From an uncultured Gemmatimonadales bacterium (GTDB lineage: Bacteria; Gemmatimonadota; Gemmatimonadetes; Gemmatimonadales; GWC2-71-9): DNA of 64,000 nucleotides. The stretch is from the NCBI GenBank assembly GCA_963730185.1, contig CAVSQW010000008.1, positions 562,426 to 626,425 on the forward strand, written 5' to 3'. The stretch's first letter is position 1; every line of letters begins with the position of its first letter. The notes under the pieces were generated by a model, which searched no databases, was not told where the DNA came from, and saw only the letters and a program-made list of their open reading frames with translations. Positions 1 to 10,519 of this stretch are shown here, one piece after another. Both the position numbers and the translations under genes were made by a program.

Positions 1-712
1 CACCTCGGGCACCTTCCCGAACACCGCCGACTCGAAGTCGTTGCCCGCCATCCGGGCCACGTCGCTCCAGCGGGAGACCGCGTCGAGGTCGAGGCAGAGC
101 GAGCCCTCGGGAGCCGGCGTGCTCCCGGGCGGCGTCGACCCAGGCGTAGGCCTCGCGGGTGGCGATCGAGACCGGGGGGCTCACCAGCAGCGCCGGAGCG
201 CGGGGCAGGGGCGGGAGGCGGAGCAGGCGCTCGCCGTGGCCCCACCCCAGCGCCAGGGAGGCCTCGCTGAGCAGGAACGGCACGTCGGCGCCGAGCCGGG
301 CGGCGTAGTGAAAGAGCTCGGCCCGGGGCACGGCGTTCCCGGCCAGCTGGCTCACCGCCAGAATCGCCGCCGCCCCGTCCGACGAGCCGCCGCCCAGGCC
401 GGCTCCGACCGGAATCCGCTTGGTGAGCCGGAGATGGACGCCGAACCGGTTGCCGGTGGCGGCCAGCACCAGCTTGGCTCCCCGAACTGCCAGGTTCTCC
501 TCGGCCGGTCCCAGGTCGGGCCCGTCCGTCTCGAGGCTGACCACGCCGCCCTCGCCCCGCCGCTCCACCACCAGCTCGTCGGCCAGGGCGAGACGACAGA
601 AAAGGGTTTCGATCCCGTGGTATCCGCTCGTCTCCCGCGCCAGCACCCGGAGCAGGAGGTTGACTTTGGCGGGCGCCTCCCTGGTAACGGCGTCGGGCGC
701 GGTGGCGGTCAC
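1..712 (-). CDS. ispE: 4-diphosphocytidyl-2-C-methyl-D-erythritol kinase (3' end outside window)
   Basis: Hand translation from GTG at 712 gives APAKVNLLLRVL..GYHGIETLF..KRIPVGAGLGGGSSDGAA..LGADVPF (GHMP/IspE motifs); GTGA overlap with the upstream stop codon. Confidence 0.95.
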   Translation of the reverse strand, partial: MTATAPDAVTREAPAKVNLLLRVLARETSGYHGIETLFCRLALADELVVERRGEGGVVSLETDGPDLGPAEENLAVRGAKLVLAATGNRFGVHLRLTKRIPVGAGLGGGSSDGAAAILAVSQLAGNAVPRAELFHYAARLGADVPFLLSEASLALGWGHGERLLRLPPLPRAPALLVSPPVSIATREAYAWVDAAREHAGSRGLALPRPRRGLPLERRGPDGGQRLRVGGVREGARG

Positions 713-1725
713 TGGGCTGGTTCGGCCGCCGGAGTCTCCTGCATGCTGCTCAGACTCACCGGCGTCCGGGCGAGCGACCAGAGGCCGAGCAGGGTGATGG
801 GCAGGAAGGTGGTGAAGTGGTAGGTGAGCGCGAACGACACGGCCGCACCACCGGCCACGCCGAAGAGCGCCAGCACCGCCCGGATCGCGGCCTCGAACGG
901 GCCGAAGAAGCCGGGACTCGAGGGGACCGCGATGCCCAGCACCAGGAGGCTCTGCTGGAGGAGCGCGCCGCCGTAGCCGACCCCGATCCCGAAGGCCTTG
1001 AAGCCATAGTAGAACGAGGCGCCGTTCACGCCCCAGACCACGAACGACCAGAGGATGACTCCGATGATCCGGGTGGGCGACGACAGCGCGCTGAGTCCGC
1101 CCCGGACCCCGTCGATGAAGCCCGCCACCTTGTCGGCCAGGCGGGCCGAGGGGATCAGGCGGCGGAGCACCCGCTGGGCCAGCTCGGGGAAGGCCAGGGC
1201 CGCGAGGCACAGTGCCAGCAGCACGCCCAGCAGCAGGGCCGTCCGGGTGGCCAGGGTCCGGACCGAGAGGCCCGCCACCTCGGCGGACGCCGGAATGCCG
1301 GCGGTCACGAGGCCGACGAAGAGCAGGGTGACGATGGTGATCCCATCGAACAGCCGTTCCAGGACCAGCGACGACAGGGCCGACGAGAGCTTGACCCGGG
1401 TGAGCCGGTTCACAGTCAGGGCCCGGATCACCTCGCCCGCCCGGAAGGGCAGGATGTTGTTGGCGGTGAACCCGATCGCGATGGCGTGCCAGAGCGGGGT
1501 CCATCCCAGGGCGCTGCCGTCGTCCGCCCGGAGGATGAGCCGCCAGCGGAACAGGCGGAGCACAAAGGTGGAGGTCGCGAGGACGATGGCGATCAGGAGC
1601 GGCGCCAGCCGGGCCTCGCGGGCGTTGGCCCAGACCTCCGCGAACGACACGTCGCGGAGCACCCAGGCCAGCAGGGCGACCGTGACACCGACGCCGAGAA
1701 CGGCGGCGAGCGCTCTATTCCGCAA
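709..1725 (-). CDS. Lysylphosphatidylglycerol synthase TM-domain / UPF0104 flippase-like membrane protein
   Basis: Multi-TM 338 aa; motifs RW..IL, GF.ANNILPFRAGE, ERLFD, PSSPG.FG.FEA. Confidence 0.85.
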   Translation of the reverse strand: MRNRALAAVLGVGVTVALLAWVLRDVSFAEVWANAREARLAPLLIAIVLATSTFVLRLFRWRLILRADDGSALGWTPLWHAIAIGFTANNILPFRAGEVIRALTVNRLTRVKLSSALSSLVLERLFDGITIVTLLFVGLVTAGIPASAEVAGLSVRTLATRTALLLGVLLALCLAALAFPELAQRVLRRLIPSARLADKVAGFIDGVRGGLSALSSPTRIIGVILWSFVVWGVNGASFYYGFKAFGIGVGYGGALLQQSLLVLGIAVPSSPGFFGPFEAAIRAVLALFGVAGGAAVSFALTYHFTTFLPITLLGLWSLARTPVSLSSMQETPAAEPAQ

Positions 1726-3478
1726 GGGCGAGAGGCACCAGGTCGATCAGCTCGCTCACCAGCGGCTCGACGTCGGAGAAGGCCTGGTGGCGGGCCAGGG
1801 CGTGGCTCAGCTCTCGCCGGACCACGTCGGCCCGTTCGAGTGCCCGGCGGCCCTGGTAGAGGAGCGACTCGATCGGCACGACGTCGAGCTCGAGCACCGG
1901 GGGGGCAGCAGCGAGTGGTGGCGGCGCGACTTCCGGGGAGACCGGGGCGGGCTCGGGCGGTGATGGGGCTGGCGGCGCCGGCTCGTGCTCGAGTCGGTAC
2001 CAGGTGGAAAAGCTCTCCTCGAACGGCGTCATCGGTTCGGCTTCGGCCGGGGCCAGGCTTTCGATCGGGACCACGTCCGCCTCGTCGGCCGCCTGGACCG
2101 GCTCTGGCGCGGCGGGCTCGAAGTCGAGCGCCCCGATCTCCACCGTCTCGACCTCCAGCTCGGCGATCTCGACCAGCTCGGCTTCCGGCATCAGGTCGGC
2201 CGGCTCGGGCTCGGGCAGCACGACCGGTGCGGGCACGGCCCCGCCCGGCATGCCCTCGAGGGCGGCGACCACGTCGGCGAGGTCGTCGGTGAGGAACACG
2301 GCATTCCGGCTCTCCGACGCGCGCCCGAGGTGCTCGGCGGCGCCGCGCAGGTGACCGGCGAAGGCGGCGGCGGCGTCGCTCGCGGCGCCCCGGCGAATCG
2401 CCCCGGTGACGGCGTCGACCAAGGGCGTGAGGTAGGGCCGCTCCCGGCGGGTTTCCTGGGCGAGGGGGCGAAGCTGGACCGCCAGGCTGTACAGGTGCAG
2501 GTCGCGGGCGGCGGGGAGGTCCGTGGATCCCAACTGATCGGCCGCCTGCCGGAGCCGGTCGGCGAAGCCGACCAGCTCGATCGTGGGATCGGGGCCGGCT
2601 TCGGGGGCGGCGGACTCACCCCGCTGGACGATCGGGCTCAGGTCACCCTCGGCGAAGAGGGTCTCGATGTCGACGACGTCGGCATCGCTCGCGAAGGTGT
2701 GGAGCAGGGCGGTGGCCGCACCGGCGATCTCGGGGGCCCCGACGTCGGCCTCGCCGCGCTCCGCGATCTCCCGGGCCAGGCGCGAGACCGCGGCGGCCGC
2801 GGCGCGGAGCCCGGTCGACGACCCCGGCGGCATCGCCTCGTCGCGGAGGGAACGGATGGTCAGCTCGATCGCGTCGAGCAGCTCGGGCAGGGGGCTCAAG
2901 GCCGGCAGGGTAGCCAGGCCGCGGAGCGGCTGGAGCCGGTGCAGGACGAGGTCGGCCCGCTCGTCGACCGGCCCGAGCTCGGCGGCCTGGGCCGCGTGCT
3001 CGAGGCTGCCCGCGACCAGGGCTCCCTCCCGGGCCACGAAGGCCCGGACGCTGGCCGGGAGCTCGTCCGTGGTCTCGGCCGGCTCGGGGCGAGCCGGCGC
3101 CGGATGGTCGGTGCCCAGGGTGGCCACCAGGCCCCGGCCCAGGGCCAGGGCGGCGCCGGTGTCGGCGTCGTTCCAGGTCCCGGCCTGCCGGGTGAGCCGC
3201 TTCAGCTCCTCGACGGCGTCGGCCGCGATCTCTCGGTGGCCCGCGTCCCACGGCCATTGGCCCTCCCGGAGGGCTTTGGCGACCTGCTCCAGCCCGGCGG
3301 CGGCTTGCGAGAACGGGTGGAGACCCGCCATGAGCGCGGCCCCGCGGAGAGCCCGGGACAGCCGGACCATCTCGTCCGCGTTCGGGCGGGTCTCACGGCC
3401 GGCGATCAGCGCGAGGCGCTCGAGGTAGTCACCCGCCTCGAGCGCGAAGAACTGGAGTCGTCCGGTCGGCGTATTCAT
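1715..3478 (-). CDS. Helical protein with degenerate Hpt-like repeats
   Basis: Start MNTPTGRLQFFALEAGDYLERL; RLSRALRGAALMAG resembles the Hpt H-box; repeated DVVxIExL motifs. Confidence 0.6.
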   Translation of the reverse strand: MNTPTGRLQFFALEAGDYLERLALIAGRETRPNADEMVRLSRALRGAALMAGLHPFSQAAAGLEQVAKALREGQWPWDAGHREIAADAVEELKRLTRQAGTWNDADTGAALALGRGLVATLGTDHPAPARPEPAETTDELPASVRAFVAREGALVAGSLEHAAQAAELGPVDERADLVLHRLQPLRGLATLPALSPLPELLDAIELTIRSLRDEAMPPGSSTGLRAAAAAVSRLAREIAERGEADVGAPEIAGAATALLHTFASDADVVDIETLFAEGDLSPIVQRGESAAPEAGPDPTIELVGFADRLRQAADQLGSTDLPAARDLHLYSLAVQLRPLAQETRRERPYLTPLVDAVTGAIRRGAASDAAAAFAGHLRGAAEHLGRASESRNAVFLTDDLADVVAALEGMPGGAVPAPVVLPEPEPADLMPEAELVEIAELEVETVEIGALDFEPAAPEPVQAADEADVVPIESLAPAEAEPMTPFEESFSTWYRLEHEPAPPAPSPPEPAPVSPEVAPPPLAAAPPVLELDVVPIESLLYQGRRALERADVVRRELSHALARHQAFSDVEPLVSELIDLVPLALAE

Positions 3479-3530
3479 GCGAGTCCGGGTGGCGAGCAGG
3501 TGGAAGTGTAGGGCGGCGGTCGGGCTTCGG

Positions 3531-4259
<729 letters not shown>

Positions 4260-4323
4260 TGCTCCCGACTCCTCAAGCGGTTTAGTTTCGCCCTCTCCGA
4301 GGTGCCCTCGAGGAGGCTCTCCC

Positions 4324-4788
4324 GTGCGATCATTGCTGGCAGTCGGCGTCGTGGCGCTCGTCGCCTGCTCGTCGAATCCGAAGCCGGAAAGTCTGGCGCC
4401 CTCGGCGGGCCCGGCGGCGGTCGCGGCCGCCTTCATGCAGGCCGTGTCCGACAGTAATCTGACCCAGATGGGCAGCCTGTGGGGCACCGACCGAGGACCG
4501 GCGGCCACCACCAACACGCCGTCGAACTGGGGACAGCGGATCGCGGTGATCCAGGCCTATCTGAAGGGCGGCACCTCGCGGGTCCTCGGCTTGGGCGACC
4601 CCGCGCTCTCGAAGCAGGGTCGGCGTCAAGTGCTGGTGGAGCTCAACCGCGGGGGCTGCACCAAGACGGTGCCCTTTACCATGGTGCAGACCAAGGACGG
4701 CGCCTGGCTGGTCAACGTGATCGACCTCAACGCGGCCGGCGTCCCCGGCCGCCCTTGCGGCTCGACCTCGCAGCCTCCGGGAACTTGA
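4324..4788 (+). CDS. Hypothetical lipoprotein
   Basis: GAGGAGG RBS, GTG start, signal peptide with lipobox LVAC. Confidence 0.7.
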   Translation: MRSLLAVGVVALVACSSNPKPESLAPSAGPAAVAAAFMQAVSDSNLTQMGSLWGTDRGPAATTNTPSNWGQRIAVIQAYLKGGTSRVLGLGDPALSKQGRRQVLVELNRGGCTKTVPFTMVQTKDGAWLVNVIDLNAAGVPGRPCGSTSQPPGT

Positions 4789-4804
4789 AGGGGCCATTCC
4801 GGCT

Positions 4805-5203
4805 TCATTCGGACAGCTCGACCAAGATGCCGGAGGTCGATTTGGGATGCAGAAAGGCGATCCGGTGCCCGCCGGCCCCTACTCGCGGAGTCCGGTCGAC
4901 CAGTTGGTAGCCGGCACGTTCGGCGGCCGCGAGGGCGGCGTCGAGATCGGCGACTCGGTAGCAGACGTGGTGGATGCCGGGCCCGCGCTTGGCGAGGAAC
5001 TTGGCGATCGGGCTCTCGGGGCTGACCGGTTCCAGGAGCTCCACCTCGGACTCGCCGAACGGCAGGGACACGATCCGGGCGCCGTCTTTGATCTCCGGCC
5101 CGTGATGGGGCTCGAGACCGAGAACCTCGCGATAGAAGCTGGTCGCGGCGGCGAGGTCGGTGACGGCAAGACCGATGTGAGCGATACGCGGTGCGTCGGA
5201 CAA
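4805..5203 (-). CDS. mce: Methylmalonyl-CoA epimerase (VOC family)
   Basis: IAHIGLAV, VELLEP, FLAKRGPGIHHVC, AFLHPKST.GILVEL. Confidence 0.92.
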   Translation of the reverse strand: MSDAPRIAHIGLAVTDLAAATSFYREVLGLEPHHGPEIKDGARIVSLPFGESEVELLEPVSPESPIAKFLAKRGPGIHHVCYRVADLDAALAAAERAGYQLVDRTPRVGAGGHRIAFLHPKSTSGILVELSE

Positions 5204-5277
5204 GACAAGCGCCTCCGGGCCGAACGGATCGAGTGCCGGGGCGGAAACTTACACGGAAGTGAGAGAGGATGTCGTTG

Positions 5278-5616
5278 ATGAGCGCGAACGGAATCACCCA
5301 CGTCACGGACGAGACCTTCGCGGCGGACGTGGAACAGAGTCAAGGCGTGGTGATCGTGGACTTCTGGGCCGAGTGGTGCGGGCCCTGTCGAGCGATCGCT
5401 CCGATTCTCGAAGAGCTGGCCGCTTCGTACGGCGGCAAGGCGCGGGTCGCCAAGCTCGACGTGGACGCCAACCAGCGCACCTCGATGCGCTTCAACGTGC
5501 GGTCGATCCCGACCCTGATGATCTTCAAGGACGGGAAGCACGTCGACACCGTCGTCGGCCTGATGCCCAAGGCGGCGCTCCAGCAGCGGATCGACAAGCA
5601 TCTCGCCGCGGCCTGA
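5278..5616 (+). CDS. trxA: Thioredoxin
   Basis: DFWAEWCGPC, VRSIPTL; AGAGGA RBS upstream. Confidence 0.97.
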   Translation: MSANGITHVTDETFAADVEQSQGVVIVDFWAEWCGPCRAIAPILEELAASYGGKARVAKLDVDANQRTSMRFNVRSIPTLMIFKDGKHVDTVVGLMPKAALQQRIDKHLAAA

Positions 5617-5643
5617 GCCGCCGGGCGGCCCTCACCTCACCCG

Positions 5644-5679
5644 AGCCCGGCCCCGCTCCGAGCGGCGCCCCAGGGCTCG
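5644..5679 (+). terminator. GC-rich stem-loop downstream of trxA
   Basis: GAGCCC...CCGCTCCGAGCGG...GGGCTC inverted repeat; no clear U-tract. Confidence 0.3.
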
Positions 5680-5765
5680 GGTGAGGTGTTTCCGGGACCC
5701 GGCCATGCCCAACGGCGGGTCGCCGCTCTACCTTTCGACCTCACCCCGACCGAGCTGCTCGCCGC

Positions 5766-6599
5766 TTGTCCGGAATTCTCTACGTCCTCGCCACCCCGAT
5801 CGGCAACCTGGGCGACCTGTCGCCCCGGGCGGCCGAGGTGCTTCGGACGGTCGCGCTCGTGGCGGCCGAGGACACCCGGGAGACCGGCAAGCTGGTCCAT
5901 CACGTGGGGTCGTCCGCCCGGCTGATCAGCGTCCATGCCCACAGCCCCCGCCGCCGTCTCGACGAAGTGGTCGGCCGGCTCGAAGCGGGCGACGACGTGG
6001 CCCTGGCCACCGACGCCGGCACCCCCGGGGTGAGCGACCCCGGGCCGGCACTGGTCCGGCTGGCCCGGGAGGCCGGCGTCCGGGTGGTACCGATTCCCGG
6101 GGCGTCCGCGGTTCACACCGCGCTCTCCGCCTCGGGCTTCGAGGCCGATCGCTACGCCTTCTTCGGGTTTCCGCCCCGGAGCGGGTCGGCCCGGACGGCG
6201 TGGCTGGAGGGGGTGGCGGAGTCACCCGTCACGGTGGTCTGTTTCGAGGCGCCCGGCCGGGTGGCGGCTCTCCTGGCCGACCTCGCCGGCGGGACCGGCG
6301 CGGAGCGGCGGGCGGTGGTGGGCCGCGAGCTGACCAAGAAGTTCGAGGAGATCGTGGCCGGGACGGTGGCCGAGCTGGCGGAGCGGGTGGCCGCTGGGGA
6401 AGGGCGGGGCGAGTTCACCGTGGTGGTCGAAGGGGCCCCGCCCGCTCCGGCGGCGGGTGACGACGCGCTGGCCGAGCGGCTGGCCCGGGCCCTGCGGCAG
6501 GCCGACGTGGGGGGAAGCGCCGCCGCCCGGGTCATCTCGGAGGTGACGGGGCTCTCCCGGAACCAGAGCTATCGGCTGGCGATGGAGGACCGGTCATGA
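5766..6599 (+). CDS. rsmI: 16S rRNA (cytidine1402-2'-O)-methyltransferase
   Basis: LYVLATPIGNLGD, AAEDTR, DAGTPGVSDPG, PIPGASA, RELTKKFEE. Confidence 0.96.
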   Translation: MSGILYVLATPIGNLGDLSPRAAEVLRTVALVAAEDTRETGKLVHHVGSSARLISVHAHSPRRRLDEVVGRLEAGDDVALATDAGTPGVSDPGPALVRLAREAGVRVVPIPGASAVHTALSASGFEADRYAFFGFPPRSGSARTAWLEGVAESPVTVVCFEAPGRVAALLADLAGGTGAERRAVVGRELTKKFEEIVAGTVAELAERVAAGEGRGEFTVVVEGAPPAPAAGDDALAERLARALRQADVGGSAAARVISEVTGLSRNQSYRLAMEDRS

Positions 6600-7252
6600 C
6601 CCGACTCATGGTGCTCGCTCTGCTGGTGGGGGCCGCGACCACGGGTCGCGCGCAGGAGGAGATGACCGTGGGCCGGCTCCATTACGACGGCGGCGGCGAC
6701 TGGTACGCCAACCCGTCGAGTCTCCCCAACCTGCTGGCCGCGATCGGGAAGCGGACCGGGCTCGGGGTCGGGTCGCGTGAGAAGGTGGTGCGGCTCGACG
6801 ACGGCACCATCTGGGAGGTGCCCTACGTCCACATGACGGGGCACGGCAACGTGAGCTGGAGCGAGCGCGACCTCGAGACGCTGCGGGCCTGGCTGGCCCA
6901 GGGCGGATTTCTCCATATCGACGACAACTACGGCATGGACGAGTCGATCCGGAAGCAGATCGCCCATCTCTTTCCGGACCTCCCCTTGGTGGAGGTGCCG
7001 CTCGACCATCCGATCTACCACGTGGTGTACGACTTTCCCAAGGGCGTACCCAAGATCCACGAGCACGACGGCAAGCCGGCGCAGGGCTTCGGCATCTTTC
7101 TGGGCGGCCGCCTCGTCCTGTATTACACCTATCAGTGCGATCTCGGCGACGGGTGGGAGGACCCCGACGTCCACAAGGACCCGCCCGAGAAGCACGAGGC
7201 CGCCCTCCGGATGGGCGTGAACCTGTTTACCTACGCCGTGGGATCCCGTTAG
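6596..7252 (+). CDS. DUF4159 domain exported protein
   Basis: Signal peptide; YDGGGDWYANPSSLPNL, HMTGHG, GGFLHIDDNYGMD, DLGDGWED. Confidence 0.85.
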   Translation: MTRLMVLALLVGAATTGRAQEEMTVGRLHYDGGGDWYANPSSLPNLLAAIGKRTGLGVGSREKVVRLDDGTIWEVPYVHMTGHGNVSWSERDLETLRAWLAQGGFLHIDDNYGMDESIRKQIAHLFPDLPLVEVPLDHPIYHVVYDFPKGVPKIHEHDGKPAQGFGIFLGGRLVLYYTYQCDLGDGWEDPDVHKDPPEKHEAALRMGVNLFTYAVGSR

Positions 7253-7258
7253 GCAGCC

Positions 7259-10200
7259 ATGTCGCCCCGCGCCACCCCGCTCGCCCTGACCCGCCTGGGA
7301 GCTCCGCTCCGACGCCTCGCGTTGGGCGGGGTATCCTTGGGCGCGCTCGGGGCCGCCCTGGTGGCGCTCGCGATCCCGGCCTGGCTGGTCCGGCTGGGCC
7401 TGATCCGCTCGCCGGTCTGGGTGCCGCTGGCGTGGGTGGCGCTGATCGGAGTGCTGGTCCTGGCGGTTCTGGTGGCGCTCCGGGCCCGGCGCGGTCTCGG
7501 CGACGCTCCGTTGGCCCGGGCCGTGGAGCGGGGAACCGGCTGGCGGCTCGGGTCGGTCACCTCGGTGCTCGAGGGCGCCTCGGCCGGGACCAGCGATGCC
7601 CTCTTCGCGGCCGCCGACGACGCCTGTGCCGCCCGGCTCGAGGCCGGCGGTCGCGAGGCGCTGGCACCGGTGCGTCGCCGGCTCGTCCGGGGCTCGAAGA
7701 CCGGAGCCGGCATCCTGGGGGCGGGCCTGCTCCTTTTTCTCGGCGCCGGACCCCTCCGCCACCCGGCCGCGGCGCTCTGGGCCCCGGCCCGTGCCTGGGC
7801 CATGCTGATGGCCCCGGTCCAGATCGCGGTGGACCGGGCCAGCGTGGACCGGGGCGAGACGGTCGCCCTGAGCCTCCGGGCCGCCGGCCGGCCCGACGCC
7901 GAGCTCTGGCTCCGGGGCAAGGGCGAGGCCTGGCGGTCGTTAGGCGTCCCCCTCGACTCCGCCGGCCGGGCGGTCCGGCGGATCGGCCCGCTCGAGGGCG
8001 ACCTCTACGCCTTCGTCCGGGCCGGCGGGCGGACGTCCGATACCTTGCTGGTGCGGGTCCGGCTGCCGGCCTTCCTGGGCCGGATCTCCCTGACCGCTCA
8101 CTATCCCCGCTACCTCTCGCTCGACGACGAGCCGCTGCCCGCCACCGGCGACACCCTGCTGCTGCCGGCCGGCACCCGGATCGAGGCCGCCGGCGAGGCC
8201 ACCATGGACCTCTCGGTGGCCCGGTGGGCCTTCGGCGGCGCCACGGCGGACCTGGCCGTGTCGGGACGGGAGTTTCGGGGGACGTTCCTGCCCCGTCAGT
8301 CCGGGTTGGCCACGCTCGAGCTGCGGACCGGGGACGGGGCGGCGCTGGAGGGCGACCCGGTCGCCCTCCCGATCGTGGTCGTTCCGGATCGACCGCCGGT
8401 GGTGGCGCTTCCGGTCCCCGAGCCCGACACCATGGCCGTCCTCGGCTCCGAGGTCTCCGTCGTGGTCGACGCCAGCGACGATCACGGGCTGAGCGCGGTG
8501 GCGCTCCAGGCCACCAAGGGGACCGGTCAGGGTCCCGTGGTGAGCGGGCCCCTGGCCCTGCCGCCCGGCACCACCGATCGGGCGCTGCTCTCGGCCCGGT
8601 TCGACTTGAAGCCGTTTTCGCTCCAGCCGGGTGACACCCTGAGTCTCTGGGTGGTGGCCCGCGACAACGCGCCCACGCCCCAGGTCGGCCGGTCGCGGAC
8701 CATCGTGCTGGTGGTGCCGACCGCCGCCGAGGCGCGGGTGGAACAGCGGTCGGCGACCGCCGACATCGCCCAGCAGCTCGACTCTCTGGTCGACCAAGCC
8801 AAGTCCCTCCAGCAGTCCACCGAAGACCTGAGCCAGGAGCGCCGCCGGGCCAACCCGCGTGGTGAGCAGGCCCAGTCGTCTCTCGACTTCGACGAGGCCC
8901 GCAAGGCCGAGGCCGTGGCCAAGCAGCAACAGGAGCTCGTCGATCAGGCCGACGAGGTCCAGAAGCGGCTCGACGAGCTCAAACGGTCGGCCGAGCGGGG
9001 CGGGACGGCCGACTCCGCCTTCATGCGCCAACTCGACGAGATCCGCGACGAGCTCAACCGGGCGCTGAGTCAGGAGCTCAAGCAGAAGCTCGACGCGTTG
9101 CGGGACGCCCTCAAGAAGCTCGACCCGCAGGCGACCCAGAACGCGCTCAAGGATCTGGCCGACGCCCAGCGGAAGCTCAAGGAAGCCCTGGAACGGTCGC
9201 GCGAGCTGTTCAAACGGGCCGCGGTCGAGGGCGAGCTCTCCAGTCTGGAGCAGGAGACCAAGCAGGTCCTCGACCAGCAAAAGCAGTGGAACGAGCAGGT
9301 GGCCAAGACCGACAGCGCCAAGTCGGGGGCCGAGGAGCAGCGCCTGGCGGAGCGGACCGACTCGGTCGCCAAGGGGTTGGACGCGGCGGCCAAGCAGATG
9401 GAAGGCGCCGAGCGCCAGGAGGCCCTCCAGCAGACGGCGGAGCAGGTCCGGAAGGCCTCGCGGGCCATGAAGAGCGCCTCGCAGTCGGCCCAATCGGGCC
9501 AGCGAAGCCAGGCCAAGCAGCAGGGCCAGCAGGCGGCCGAGCAGCTGTCGCAGGCCGGCAACCAGGTCAAGAAGCAGCGGGAAGGGCAGCAGCAGCAGTG
9601 GAAGAAGGAGGTGCTTGACGCCCTGGACCGGGCCCTGGCCGAGACGGCCCGCCTGAGCGAGCGACAGCTCGACGTGAGCGGCTCGATCGGCCGCGGGAGC
9701 GTGGTGGCGGCCTCGCGGGCCGAGCAGGCGGTGATCGAGGAGGGAGTCCAGAAGCTGATCGCCCAGATCGGCGCGGTGAGCGGGAAGAACGCCCTGATCT
9801 CGCCCCAGATCGGCGCGGCTCTGGCGCAGGCCAAGCTGCAGATGGGCCAGGCTCGGGAGGCGATCTCGTCGGCTTCGGCCAACCTGCGCGAAGCGGCCGA
9901 CCAGGCGGGCGAGGCGGTCGATGCGCTGAACGTGGCCGCCTACCTGATGCTCCGGTCGCGAAACGACGTCTCGAGCGCCAGCTCCGCCTCAGGGATGGCC
10001 GAAGCGATCGAGCGGATGCAGCAGCTGGCCGGCCAGCAGGGGAATCTGAGCCAGCAGGGGAGCGACCTGCTGTCGATGCTGGCGGGTCAGCAGATGCAGC
10101 AGCAGATGCAGCTCCTGGCCCAGAAACAGCAGCAGCTGGCGCAGGAGCTCGAGCGGCTGCGCGCCCAGGCGGAGATGCCGGGTGCCAAGGCGATGGCCGA

Positions 10201-10519
10201 CGAGGCCCGCGAGCTGGCCCGACGGCTGGAGGCCGGCCGCCTGGACCGGGAGACCGTGGCCCGTCAGGAACGGCTCTTCAAGCGGATGCTCGACGCCGGC
10301 CGAACCCTGCAGGGCGAGGAGAAGGACGAGAAGAAGGAGCGGCAATCGGAGACGGCCAAGAGCGATTCGGTGAGCATCCCGCCGGCGCTCCGGCGCCTGC
10401 TCGACAGCGACGGCCGGATCCGCTTCCCGACCTGGGACGAGCTCCAGCGTCTGAGTCCGGAGGAACGGCGGCTGGTGACCGACTACTTCCGGCGGCTGAC
10501 CACCCGCGAGAAGCCATGA
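7259..10519 (+). CDS. DUF4175-like membrane-anchored protein with Ig-like region and long Q-rich coiled coil
   Basis: N-terminal TM helices, DDHGL and ARDN..P..G.S motifs, heptad Q/E/L tail, terminal DYFRRL. Confidence 0.7.
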   Translation: MSPRATPLALTRLGAPLRRLALGGVSLGALGAALVALAIPAWLVRLGLIRSPVWVPLAWVALIGVLVLAVLVALRARRGLGDAPLARAVERGTGWRLGSVTSVLEGASAGTSDALFAAADDACAARLEAGGREALAPVRRRLVRGSKTGAGILGAGLLLFLGAGPLRHPAAALWAPARAWAMLMAPVQIAVDRASVDRGETVALSLRAAGRPDAELWLRGKGEAWRSLGVPLDSAGRAVRRIGPLEGDLYAFVRAGGRTSDTLLVRVRLPAFLGRISLTAHYPRYLSLDDEPLPATGDTLLLPAGTRIEAAGEATMDLSVARWAFGGATADLAVSGREFRGTFLPRQSGLATLELRTGDGAALEGDPVALPIVVVPDRPPVVALPVPEPDTMAVLGSEVSVVVDASDDHGLSAVALQATKGTGQGPVVSGPLALPPGTTDRALLSARFDLKPFSLQPGDTLSLWVVARDNAPTPQVGRSRTIVLVVPTAAEARVEQRSATADIAQQLDSLVDQAKSLQQSTEDLSQERRRANPRGEQAQSSLDFDEARKAEAVAKQQQELVDQADEVQKRLDELKRSAERGGTADSAFMRQLDEIRDELNRALSQELKQKLDALRDALKKLDPQATQNALKDLADAQRKLKEALERSRELFKRAAVEGELSSLEQETKQVLDQQKQWNEQVAKTDSAKSGAEEQRLAERTDSVAKGLDAAAKQMEGAERQEALQQTAEQVRKASRAMKSASQSAQSGQRSQAKQQGQQAAEQLSQAGNQVKKQREGQQQQWKKEVLDALDRALAETARLSERQLDVSGSIGRGSVVAASRAEQAVIEEGVQKLIAQIGAVSGKNALISPQIGAALAQAKLQMGQAREAISSASANLREAADQAGEAVDALNVAAYLMLRSRNDVSSASSASGMAEAIERMQQLAGQQGNLSQQGSDLLSMLAGQQMQQQMQLLAQKQQQLAQELERLRAQAEMPGAKAMADEARELARRLEAGRLDRETVARQERLFKRMLDAGRTLQGEEKDEKKERQSETAKSDSVSIPPALRRLLDSDGRIRFPTWDELQRLSPEERRLVTDYFRRLTTREKP

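Noticed and set aside
9480..10150. CAG-rich repeats as an array or CRISPR
   Set aside because: Coding poly-Gln coiled coil; no constant repeat-spacer structure
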